A stretch of 62,920 nucleotides of DNA, filler included, from Sluysia triapertura (Eukaryota): assembly GCA_046118255.1 (NCBI GenBank). It is 5 parts of 5 records of this genome, joined end to end, with 100 filler letters (N's around TTAATTAATTAA, not from the genome) between each part and the next. Parts side by side here need not be neighbours in the genome. Positions count along the whole stretch, not along the records: positions 36,413 to 49,157 come from JBJNIA010084365.1; positions 49,258 to 62,920 come from JBJNIA010027171.1; 3 more parts are not named here. The stretch is one strand, 5' to 3'. The notes under the pieces are model-generated. The model saw nothing but the letters and a program-made list of their open reading frames with translations. It searched no databases and was not told the origin of the DNA. Made by a program: the position numbers and the translations under genes. Position 1 is the stretch's first letter. Each line of letters starts with the position of its first letter. This document shows positions 36,413 through 49,457 of this stretch, piece by piece.

Positions 36413-38814
36413 GATTGACTTGAAATTAATCTCCTTTTGCAACTTTCAAAATATTCTTTATGCGAGACAATGGACGAAACTTTACGAGGCTGAATAAAAC
36501 TATATTTATAAACGCATGAAATAAAATTATATTAAAAAAATCTCAGGTACAATTTATAACATTGTATAATATTAAAATTTTATTCTCATCAACAATTTAA
36601 AACATTTTTATTAATGATTTAATTCTGAAATTCTTTTATCGATGATACATGTTTATCTGGTTGAAATATTTTGTGACCTACCAAACTGTTTTTATGTAAA
36701 TAAAATTCATTTATTAAAAATTTCCATACTACTATAACTATTTCTTTGATATGATTTTTGAAATTTGTATAGGTTTTGTCACTAAATCCGTCTATTATTT
36801 AGTTATTGATAAATCACACTATAAAATCGTAATTCTGAACTAGAATACAAAAATCACGATTTTTTCTAAATTTTATGAAATAGTGGAATGTAATTTAAAT
36901 TATTTTACTACATATTTACAAAATACCTTCTCGCTCATGTACATTTTTATATAATAGATTTAAATTTTGAATATTTAATTTACCGAAAAATATTCGAAAT
37001 ATAGGATATTTTATTTTAATTTTTGTTTTCAGTTTGAATTTAAATCATTATTACAAATATCGCTAAATTGTTCATAATCTTTTTGTAAAGGTATTTTTAG
37101 AAAAATTTAGTAGTATATTATTAAATTGATTAGTATTTTATTAAATAAAAATTAATGTAGTTGAAATTATTATAAATATATAAATATTAAATATTTAAAA
37201 TATTTAAAATTATTATTATAGTAATAATAAATAAAATCATTATATTAAAATAAATAAATATTTTAAATTATTAAAAAATTTATTGTTATTATTAAAACAT
37301 TTAAAATATTAAAAATTTATTATTCTTATTATTAGCATTATTAAAACAAATAATTGGTTGTTACTATAATTATTAATAAACTTAGAAATAATATATAAAG
37401 GACAAATTATACATAAAAACAATACATATTGTTTACGTTAGCTATTCTGTTGTTTAATTGAAGAATATTATAATTCATATAAATTATTTTGAAGAAATTT
37501 TAATTTATAAAGGAAATAGAAAACTGATTTATTTCTACAGAAGCTGTTGTTAATCAAATAATTATACAGAAGACAGAATACTAATTTGTTTCCGCAACAA
37601 CTTTTGTTAATCAAATATTTGAAAGAAGTTATTTTGAAGAAATTTTAAACTATCAAGAAGATAAAAAATTAATTCATTTTTGTAGAAATCGTTAGTGTCA
37701 GTATTTTTTAAGTTAAAGAATTTAGATCAATTATAAAATACACTTAAAATTTTTAATAATTTAGTAAAATTTTATATACAACATAAATTAATTTTTAAAA
37801 TCCAAATCAGAAAATATTAATTGATAAATTAATATTTTTAACACTTTATATACTACTACATTATATATAAATTTATTAATTGATAACCTTATATATACTT
37901 TTGCTTCTATTCGAATAAATATTCTTGTACATATTGGGCTACCATTTTAAATTATTTTAATAAACATTTTTGTGTATCTGTCGAATTTATCATTTTATAT
38001 ACATTTTGTTTCTATCAAGTTGTTATTTCCTATAATTTATTTAAATAAACTTTTAGTGTTTGTTGATTTATTATTAACGTCTAACATTTGTTAATAAATA
38101 ATACTTGGAAAAGGTGCATTTTCTTTAATTTTGAAGAGAATAAGTTTGAAACAATTAAATTAATATTGCATAATAATTATCCAACAAGTAATTCATCAAG
38201 TTATTTCGTTAGCATCTCGACGTATTACTTTGTAAGGATTAAGGATAACATAAGCAAAAAACCTCCAATATTTATCTTTCTTTAATGCTGCAAAATCTAT
38301 GTGCTGGCCCTTAAGTGAATAAGTCCAATATCATAGAGGACTCGCGTCAAAATAAGTCTTAATTTAATTTAATTACTTAACTAAATTTCCATAGTTGGTA
38401 TTAAATCGAGATATGACTGTATATATAAATCGAGAGAGAGAGAGAGAGAGTAACATCCAATATGGATAAATATTGAATTGACAAACTATGAATTGCCACC
38501 TGTTATGCTGTATAAGAAAAATACAAATTTTGATATTACTTGTTGTGGCCGTAAGGCGTTAATTATTATTAATTTTGTTATATTGGACAAGACTATTGAG
38601 ATAAAAAGTTTAGCTTATTACGATATTTGGATTTAAGATCCTGGAAATTGTTATTAAATTTATCGATTAAAGAAAATGTGCGATTTATTAAGAATTAACT
38701 AAATAAATGAAAAACATGATGGAGATTAATAACAAAAAATAAAGATAAATAATTAAAATCGAAATATTTTGAGAGTAAACCACTAACATTAATATAAAAA
38801 TTTGAGCTCGTCGT

Positions 38815-39518
38815 TTAAACAGGATCTTCCCCAAACACTCTGAGCCCATCGACAAATACACAATTATCGACTTGATTCAAAATGAGATTTCTGGATGCAT
38901 ATAATTTTAAAAAACGTTTAAAACGTTCGATAATTTCAGGTTCTCGAAGAAAATCTGGGTCTGGATCCTTCATTTTAGATCTGGTCGCATATCTTATTTG
39001 TCTAAATGATAAGTTCTCAGATAGCTGAAAACGCATAAGATTCTTCAATGATGAATCGAATCGTATTAACTTACAATTCGAATTATAAAGCTCATCAAGG
39101 GGTACAAATTTATCAACACTTATAATTCATTGCTAAATAATATATTATGCGTTCTAAATCGTTTAATCAATCACTGAAATACAAAAAACAGGATATTCGT
39201 AATATACTCTTTGTTAAGATGAGTTCCAGAAGCAAAATCCACTACATCTGGATAAATAGCTAATTTTATTTTATAATGGTTTTTCAAACTAAAAAACTCA
39301 AGACTATGAATATGAACTCTTAATTTGTTTATTTCGAAATTTAAATTGCTAACTTCATCATTTATAATTTTTATTTTAGCTGGAATCTCCTTCAAACCAC
39401 GTAAGACATTACTAACAGTTTGTTCTGGATACTCTAATCGTTTGCGTTGCAATGAATTGATAAGCAGACTATCTGCAGCTATCACAGTTAAACTCAGCAT
39501 CATGATAATTGCAAACAT
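38815..39518 (-). CDS. Putative two-exon secreted orphan protein (~214 aa)
   Basis: Signal-like MFAIIMMLSLTVIAA. A 56-nt GT-AG intron (39174-39119) joins the two track ORFs in frame (..VFH|VDKFVPLDELYNSNCKLIRFDSSLKNLM..). Confidence 0.5.
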
Positions 39519-40100
39519 TCATGGTACATAAGTAACAACTCTGGCTACTTTTCAAAAAAATTCATAAAAATATGCTTAAAAAATAAAAATCAAATTTTTT
39601 ACCTTTACCATAATATTAAAACAAAATTTTTGAAATTTAAACAATTTTTAATAATAAAAATACGAAAATCTAAAAATCATTGATAAAATACCATTGATAA
39701 ACTGGTTTTTCGATAAGTGAGTAGGAAAATTTCTAAAACTTGTATTATAATCACCTGATCCGTTTATGATTTAATAGAAGGTTTTAATCGACTGAAGAAA
39801 ATTATATACACTAAGAACAGTACAATTTGCAGAAACAAGTATCAAAAAAGATACAAATCCAATTAACAATAATTAACAATAATAGTTTTCTTTTGACAAT
39901 ACTTAATAAGAAATGACTTACATAGTTCAATCAAGAAATTGAAATAATACTTATTGTCGGGATGAATGATGAAAACAAAACTATAACAATACTGATCATT
40001 TAATGTTTGACAAGTTTATAAAAATTAAATTAACAAATTATTTTCCAATCCATATACACTGCCTTCATGCTACATTTGTACAAGGTAACTATTTTACTAC

Positions 40101-40641
40101 AGGGTAAGGTTGCTTAAGTCGTACCATATGAATTTTGCACAAACTACGGCGACAACAGCATATACATCGGTAATTAAACATACATCTGAGCGAGCTAAGT
40201 TGTGTGACATATTATTATTTACCGTAAGCAAGTCACGTTGTAAATTTTCTCATTAAGTAAGTTTATAGGTTATAATTTGTACATAATTCTAGTAACATTT
40301 CGAAAATTTAAAAAACAGATGAAATAGACCAAATTCATATGTATAAAGCTGAAAATATTTTTACATTACGAACATACTTTCTGAAAATTAGTAATACAGA
40401 TATTAGGCTATAGGTGGTACGACTTAAGAAACAAGTTGACTTAGTTGTACCGAAGTAAACTTTTAAAGAATTAGTTTCATTACGTGAAAGCAAATAGATT
40501 TTTCTAATTTAGTTATAATACATAATACCAATATTAACAAAGTGTAACAAAGAGTAACACATTTAGTTGCTATTTATTTGATAAATCCTAAGTTTTAAAC
40601 AGTTCTTTTCGTAAGGGGTACGACTTGAGCAACCTTACCCT
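40101..40641. mobile_element. Non-autonomous DNA transposon (MITE), ~540 bp
   Basis: TIRs AGGGTAAGGTTGCTTAAGTCGTACC (40101-40125) and GGTACGACTTGAGCAACCTTACCCT (40617-40641), 24/25 match. An internal partial TIR copy lies near 40415. Confidence 0.88.
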
Positions 40642-41034
40642 ATGCTGCTGAATATATATAATTGCAAGAATCCACAGTGTAAATTTTGTAAAAACATTTT
40701 AAATAAAAGAACATTTTTAAAAACTTAAAAATAAAACGTTTTAATAAATCTTAAAACATGTAAATTTTAACATTGCACTTTGTAATACCTAAATATCCAC
40801 GAATATTTATCTTATAACTGCAAGGTTAAAAAACATCTTTTTAAACACCAAAAGCATCCAGAAACGTCTCTAATTAACAAAGCAGACATCGGTAGCTATA
40901 TGCAAAAGCAGAAATCCATAGCACTTAATTAACACTTAGAAAATATTATGAATCGAATGTAGACGTCAATAAAGCATGAAAAATATACCAAAAAGTGAAT
41001 ACTAACTAGCAAGGCGGATATAAATAAGTACATA

Positions 41035-41700
41035 GTGCTGTGGTTTTTCTAACACAAAATATTTTTTGAGCATGGTTTGGTTACAGTAAAGAGGGCATTC
41101 CTGTAACTGTATAAGCTATTCCTTTATCAAAATAACAATACTCCTTAATGAGGGTCTTATCAAATGCTCAATTATCTACCTAATTAACTGTTTCAAAAAA
41201 CTTATTAATTTAACTAAAAATTCTATTTCTAATGAAATTATTATAACAATGAAATTTACAAAATTCCAAAATCCCAAATTTAAAAAATGACAAAAAGATT
41301 TACGTATAATGAAGACAGAAAATTAATTAAATTTTACAATTGAAACCTCAGGATCTTTAAGTGTTATAAAATAAATTTAAGTGGATTTTGCCCCCCCCCC
41401 CAATAAATCGGGGAAACTTAATAATTTTCGTAATTAGTATCACCTTAATAAAAATAGCTTACGATAAACATGAAATGGAAAGCAGGTCCTGATTGAATAA
41501 AGCTGCCACCAGTATTGATTGTTAATTGTTTGATTGTCGATCGATAAACCAAAAAATTTGCAAACCAAAAATAAATGATAAAAAACAAAATGGCGAATCG
41601 ATGGAATATTCTAGAAGTTTCTATTCAATTTCTAGAAGCGAATTTTCTTTTTTGGAAAATAAATATATTAAATGATTTTAAAGTGTTATAATGGCATTTT
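41035..41700. repeat. Family C, copy 2
   Basis: Collinear with 1075-1945. Confidence 0.7.
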
Positions 41701-42477
41701 ACTACCTAATAATAGAATGAAAATGTGGTAAAAATGCATGACTGCAATAAACTAGTGCTTAGGGAAAATTGGCGACGCATTACATGAAAATTATTATAGA
41801 AATAAAACTGTTACAGTGAAATGTCGAATATTGACAGGGCGATTAGAAAAAGGATTTCGTCTGGTGGAAATTAGAAATTTATTGGTTGAAAAATCAGGAC
41901 TAGACAAAAATAGTATAATAACAAAATTTTGCTCAAAAACTGCACTTTGATCAAATGAAAATGTTAATTTTCGCATTGGTCTCGAATTTTGATCTTGATC
42001 AAGTAAATGCATAATAAATTGAAGAAATACAATGAATCTCGTACGTTTCTGGCTAGAATTGTGCTAAACTATGATCTTTAAGTAGTTCCAACAATTTGTC
42101 ATCGAGAAAGTAGTAAATACAAAAATGTCTGGAGGATCAAGACAACACTTTAAAGTGCTAATAATGAATTTACTTTTAAATACATTAAACAATTTGCTGA
42201 AAATTACATTAGTCTTATAAGAATCACAACTGTCTTCGGACAAAAAATATTTTAAATATCTGGTAAATTTTATTCAATACAGCTTAGGATATAAAAATCA
42301 TTTAAGCTGTACATTAATTCGAAACTTAATGAAAGTTTGATTGAAATTTTTCAAGTACATAGAAGTATTTGACAATATCTTTTTAATAATTATTATTTTA
42401 TATCATTCGCATTACAATGTAAAACATTTTAAGTTTAAAATTAGATCATTAATTTTTCATATATTTAAAAAATTTTA

Positions 42478-42714
<237 letters not shown>

Positions 42715-42777
42715 CTATAAAAATAAATTTAACATTAATATTAAATTTAATTACTTTTTAAACAAATTAATAATTTA

Positions 42778-43089
<312 letters not shown>

Positions 43090-46000
43090 TTATGCGAAAC
43101 CCTAATACAAATTAATAATAGCATGTATTGTAAGCATCCTGGACATTTTACGCATGCAAATTCCGAGAACCTTAATGTTATATAATAACAATTGTGTAAT
43201 TTCGAAACAACCACTCAAAGCATATGGATAAAGTTGTTAATGTTAAAACTATTTATTTCTCAGTGATTTCAAATTACTACTGATCAATGAATATCAAAGA
43301 AATATAATTAAAATACCGAGGACTGTAGAAATAATTTTAAACGAAAATATTAATATGGATAGATTTTATTAAAAAAGTAAATGACATGGTCGACAATCTA
43401 CTTGAGATAATTTTTTGTAATAGAGACCTGATAATTTTTTGTCAACAAACACTGTTCGCAACTAACAACATACTTCCTTAATCTTTAGTGTACGAATGTT
43501 ATAAATGAATAACTATAGTAATATTTTTATGAATAAAAAAATCGTCCCATAGACAGTAGATGATTTAACTAGGCAGCGTTGAGTTTAAAAAATCGGTTCA
43601 AGCACACTTTGCAGTTTTCATAAATTCGTAGACCAAAGGTTGAAAGTCAATAATTTCCGAACCATCATATTGCGAACTAACAAGAGCAAACAAGGATACT
43701 GATATATAATAAAAAATGAAATCAATTGTAAAAATAAGATTCAACCATTAAATAAAGGTTGTATTAGTAATGGATGCAACAGTAACAGCCCAATAAAAAA
43801 TATAGTAATAAAATAGAAATTTAAAGTCGTTTCGATGTAATAAAAGAAGCTACAGAATAATTGCAAATGAATAAATGTAAGATTAGTATTTTTACAATTA
43901 AATATTAATTATTTTGATAATTTAACACTTAATTACAATTATTTTTATATTATTTTCAAATATAATAAACCAAGAACATTTAAGTTATACCTAAATAATG
44001 TAGATCAGAATGTGCAAATAATATAAGTGTATGATAATTCAGTAAGCAGCCCTCCGATTATGTCTAGATAATGCGAAGTATAATAAATCAATAAGTTACT
44101 TCTAAACAGCGTTCAAATTATATTGTAATATAAACCGATTAGTAACTTTAGTAATACATTACTTTTAGATTATATCGTGATACAATCAACACCACTTACC
44201 TTTTTTGTATTTTTATAAACGTAGTAGAAGAAACCTTTTAGTCACTATTTCAATCAAAAACTAACAAACTGTTCAGTGTACTAACATTGCAAGGTAAAAG
44301 TTGCTTAAAAATTATAAATTCATCTTAAGATGAGTGATATGTTTTAAATTCATTTAAAATTATAGTTTTAGTTTATAATTTCACATCAATACATTTAGTT
44401 TCATCAATATGCGCTATTTTAATAATTATGAAGATAACTAATTCTAATTATACGCACAATTGCTAAATAAAGAAAATTTATTTAACATAAAACATATTTC
44501 TATACTGCCTTTCGTCTTTTATAGCATGGAATGATAAGAGAAGATCATCCTTTGCAGCTAAGTTTATAATGTGTTGGCCACTAATTTTTCATTACGTAAA
44601 CGGAATGTGATTAACGATAATAATTATTTTCATATTTTTGAATTCTTAATACAAAACTGTTTTTATATTTTTATAATTTATAAATAAAATAAATTTTCAA
44701 AAAAAATCTTTGACAGCCAGTGAGTGTATTTTATTTGAGAGATTATATGAAATATATGTGAGAAAAGCCATTAAAAAGCTGGCGCCACTTGCGTCAGTGC
44801 TGATTTCAAAATTAATAAAAATATATAATTTTTCATAATATATATAATCTTCAATAAAATGGCATAAATTGTGAATAGTCGTAAATTTAATATTCTCTAT
44901 CAAAGAGTAATATAGTGTAGAATACTCTAAAATAATCTTTTTTTAAACAAAAGTAATAATAATATTTTTATTCATTTTATTTGACTCAAATATTTTTCTC
45001 ACAAAATGGTTTAAAAGCAAAAACGATTTTGTAAAACATTGTCCTTATTTAATCTTCTAAAACAATATATAACATGACCTGCTTAAACCTGAGAACATTG
45101 GTTCATCTACTCGTAAAGAAATAACTTATAGATTGAGTTACTTTACTTAAATAAAAATTCGTTTTTTAGTGATTTGTAGTAAATAAACAAAAATATTTGT
45201 CGTTTAGCAGAATTTTTGTTCAACACTTTTCAATAAATATAACATGAATACTTAAAAACTGATTACGAACCACACATTGAACACCATCGTTCTCAAAAAA
45301 GCTCAAAATAATAGCATAATTTAAAAATTATTCTTTAGCGCTCAATAGATCATTTTATATCATTCCTTATGGAAGCAATAACTTTTTTAATAACAATTTG
45401 ACTTAGTTAATATTGAATTATTTGAATAAGATTTTTGTTAATTAATTTAAGTTCAAAATTTTTCTCATTTTCAGGATTTAAAAATGTACTCAAATCAATA
45501 AGTAAATTATTAAAGTACGCAATAGCACCACAAAAATCTTCTGGAATCACATTCTTAAACATTTGACCAATTTCACCTTTATTTGTCGCGATAACATAAC
45601 ACTCTAGAGTGCTTTTATAAATATATCATAAGGTTGTTCCACCAAATATTTGCAAATCTCTAGTTTTCGTTTTGATTTCTATCCGAATTAAATATTATTT
45701 CCTTGCGACACTTAATAGTCTTTCATAATAAACTTGATCGAGAATTTCGAATGTTTTAAACCGAGTTTGTTTCAAAGACCTTTCTGATATCTAAATTGCG
45801 ATGGAAGTGCGGCCAGGTTGGTCTATCAGTATCTTTAAGTTCTAAACATCATCGAACCTTCTATACCAAGTTGCAACTATATGCCACTTTGCATATCATG
45901 TTTTTCAATAATACTGGAACAAATACCATATTACGATTTTTTCCATATCTAATTTATTGAAATTTCAAAAATCTCATGTAACGTGTATTTAAAAATTATA

Positions 46001-47855
46001 TTACAAAAAGGTACACTGCTTATGGGACAGCTAAATATTAAATTTCCAGCGCATTTCAGCAAATAGTTAAGTGTTCAGTCAGCCGTGCTAAAACACAAAG
46101 CGACTAAGTATCTGTATACATAAACCATAAAGACATAAAACTACTTCGAGGAAAAATTTTGAAGAATTAATTGATGCATTTATATCAAATGTATACGAAA
46201 ATACGAATAAGAATTCATGGTTAATTTCGGTTTATGAAAAAACCACCAGATTTGTCTAAAGAATTAAAACTCTTAATGATCATTCAATAATTCGCATTGC
46301 GAAACTTAAAAAATTATCTAACATATTTGAAAACTGAAAGGAAGATTTACAAACTGAGGATATTCACTTATTTCTCAAGAGTTAGGCAGTGATGATTTAT
46401 GTTATAATCGTTTTACATCTAAAATTTTTAGTCTTTATATTGGAAAAGTTTTTTATTTTTCGATATTAATTCATAAATTCAAGATAAATAACCTGGAATA
46501 TGCAAACAAGCAGTTATTACCATTTGTATTTATAAAATTTTATGCAATAACATTGTACTACCATAACTTGGTATTCTGGATCACGAAATTTTCATAACAC
46601 AAAACGAGAAAAACCTTATTTACATATTTCTGAGATTCATTTAGCGCGGTATGAATTAATCGCGTTTAATGTAGATGTTTAATAAATAAGAGAATAACCG
46701 CAACATATCGTCGATTAGAAGCCTATCATTTGATAGTGAAACTGAAGATGGCAACCATGTGATAAATTCAAGTGATAACCAGAGACCGAAAACGTTAAAA
46801 TTGGTATGTTTCAAATTACAATTTCGAATTATCAAATTCTGATGTGACGAATTTACTCTTTACAAATTTTAAAATTACTTTAAACATAGATTAGTAAGTA
46901 TTATGGTGGGTGCGGTGATTAAAATAAATTTTTAATGTTTAAATAAACTTTAAACATAATAAATTTCATCACTTGTTTTTCACATACGTACGAGATTTTT
47001 CATGTAAACGATGATCAAAGTGAGATTGAGAATTCTAAGTATTATATCATTCTTGTTTTGGAGCAAAAATCAATTTTACAAGCAACTTAAATGTAATTTA
47101 GATTTTTATTCAAATTTAAAACTTAAAATTCAAAGGTAAAAATTGTCTATCAAATGTCTAATAAATTAATGTCTGTCTAATTGTATTATTTAACCTTATT
47201 TAAGCATATTGTTTCTATTAAAGAATCGACTGATACAAAAGCTTTAATATAACTAGTAAGACCCTCACAGTATTCATCCATCCCATGTACCTTGTAAATA
47301 ATTAATACTAGGTCACTTGGATTACATTTTAATATAACAAGTATTTTAAACAATTCACAGAGCATATTCTTTGTAAAAATATTTCCACAATCATGCACAG
47401 AATGAAGTGCCATTATTGTTTTCTTCCTCTTCTTTACTCTTTAAACTCGGTTATCTTTTGCTGGTAAATAACGCTTTTCTTTCATATTTTCAAATTTTTT
47501 TAAATCGTAAACATGAGTATTTCAATATGATTGGGTTATCCTAAGTTTTAACAATATTTCGAGATGTTGCATATAGTCGCACATAATCCCAAGATGAACA
47601 CAGATTATTAATTTTTTTATTTAGGAGGAAAAGAAGTATAAAATATTGATATTACAAATATTAACAAAAAGGTATTAATATAAAATTGCGCAAATGCACA
47701 TAAAATTTGTAAAGTGGCAAATTATAATTTTAAATGTTTTTTACTTTATGAAACATGCTTAACACATTAATATTTTAAAGAATTAATTAAAATGTTTTTC
47801 AAATTTATTAATTTTTTTATTATTCATTTTCAATAAAAATAAGATTCTACTAGTG

Positions 47856-47857
<2 letters not shown>

Positions 47858-47898
<41 letters not shown>
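47858..47898. repeat. (CTA)n microsatellite
   Basis: Direct reading. Confidence 0.95.
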
Positions 47899-47900
<2 letters not shown>

Positions 47901-48579
47901 TTTAATCACAAGGAGATTGTGTTATCAACTAATAAAAGTTGTTTTGACATCACACACATTTTGTGTGAATGGCCATTAAACTGATAGTGTTGTCTGCTTT
48001 TTTAAATAACAGAAAATAACATGATTTATTAGTATTGCATATGTGAACATTTTATTTTAAGATATATCGACAAATAGTTTTAAACCAAAATATCAAATAC
48101 AAAAAATTCTTAATATACGATTTTTTAACAAATTTTGCATATAATTTTTAGCATAATAATCACACTAATATACAGACATACAGATACAATGAATGTGTTC
48201 ACTATGTCATTTTTAATTAGTAATTGAGCTATTTGGCGGGACCTATGCCCCGGGAGTGTTTATTAGAAATTTATTGGGTTATATCAACTTTTAATCATAT
48301 AAAAACATTTCAAAAAATAATTCATTAAAATTATATAGTTATAATTTATTCGTTTTTATTTTTAATACTTTTTGCGAATTATTCACTTGAAGTTGTAAAT
48401 GTTAAGTTGGCAAGAATTAAATTTGTAGTTAATATTTCCAGCTTTAACAGCTTATTATTTGACATTGGTTTAATATTTTACCGTTCTGTTTTTTGTTGGA
48501 AAGTTACATATCTCACTTGTTTAAAGAAATCATTGTAGATCTAAAAGATACTAAAATTTTTTTACAAATTTTGTTGAAA

Positions 48580-49074
48580 ATGGATCGGTCGGAAATTAGC
48601 ACTTTTATGAAGTGAGTTATTACATGCAACCACGGCACCGCAGACCACTCCAAACATTAATAGCGTATTTGGCTTTTGGATTAAATTGATTTACTAAATT
48701 TCATACAAGTAACTTTAGTAACTTTAGTCTCTCAAATGAAACACGCGAACATCTGGGTTAATAATGAGAAACTAAAGACCATCACTGAGTCTGACCCATT
48801 TTCGAATGACTAGGAATTATCGTTGAAATTTGGTGTTAGCAAACAAACAATATTAACTCATTTAACTCAAATCGCTAAAGTGAAAAGTTGGATTTCAGAT
48901 GAAAAAAGGAAACAAAAGCATTCGGAAGCTTACTTGATATTGCTTTCTCATCACAAATCTAAACCATTTTTGAATTGAATTGTCACTTGTGATAAGAAGT
49001 TGATCCAATATGACAATCGCATGCTTTCAGCACAGTGGTTGGATGAGGATCTATCACTACGACACCCTCTAAAG
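48580..49074 (+). mobile_element. Degenerate mariner transposase, N-terminal half
   Basis: MDRSEI..NINSVFG..NEKLKTITESDP..ELSLKFGVSKQTILTHLTQI.KVK..PFLN*IVTCDKKLIQYDNR..SAQWLD, i.e. the IVTGDEKW..YDN motif. Confidence 0.88.
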
Positions 49075-49157
49075 CAGGGTTCTTCAACCTGGGTTCCGCG
49101 GAACCCTAGGGTTCCCTGGAACGTTGACAGGGGTTCCGCAACTGATTAAGTCAAAAC
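49075..49157 (+). mobile_element. hAT (Charlie/Buster-type) element terminus inserted into the mariner
   Basis: Starts CAGGGTTCTTCAACCT after 8-bp CTCTAAAG (NNNTANNN target preference). Subterminal palindromes GGGTTCCGCGGAACCC and GGAACCCTAGGGTTCC. Truncated by the contig end. Confidence 0.75.
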
Positions 49158-49257
49158 NNNNNNNNNNNNNNNNNNNNNNNNNNNNNNNNNNNNNNNNNNN
49201 NTTAATTAATTAANNNNNNNNNNNNNNNNNNNNNNNNNNNNNNNNNNNNNNNNNNNN
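49158..49257. other. Artificial contig linker
   Basis: N44-TTAATTAATTAA-N44. Confidence 0.99.
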
Positions 49258-49260
49258 TTC

Positions 49261-49276
49261 ATTATTATTATTGTCA

Positions 49277-49333
<57 letters not shown>

Positions 49334-49424
49334 AATAACCATTGTAATCATAATTTTTAAACTAAACTTTTTATAACTTTAAAATTTTCAAATTATCGAA
49401 ACATTATTATTATTATTATTATTC

Positions 49425-49455
<31 letters not shown>
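49261..49455. repeat. Two (ATT)n microsatellite tracts
   Basis: Direct reading. Confidence 0.95.

Positions 49456-49457
<2 letters not shown>

Noticed and set aside
46742-46800. CTGAAGATGG...CCGAAAACGTT, reminiscent of a Penelope-type hammerhead
   Set aside because: Extra A in the core, long unpaired insert, and no convincing stem I.
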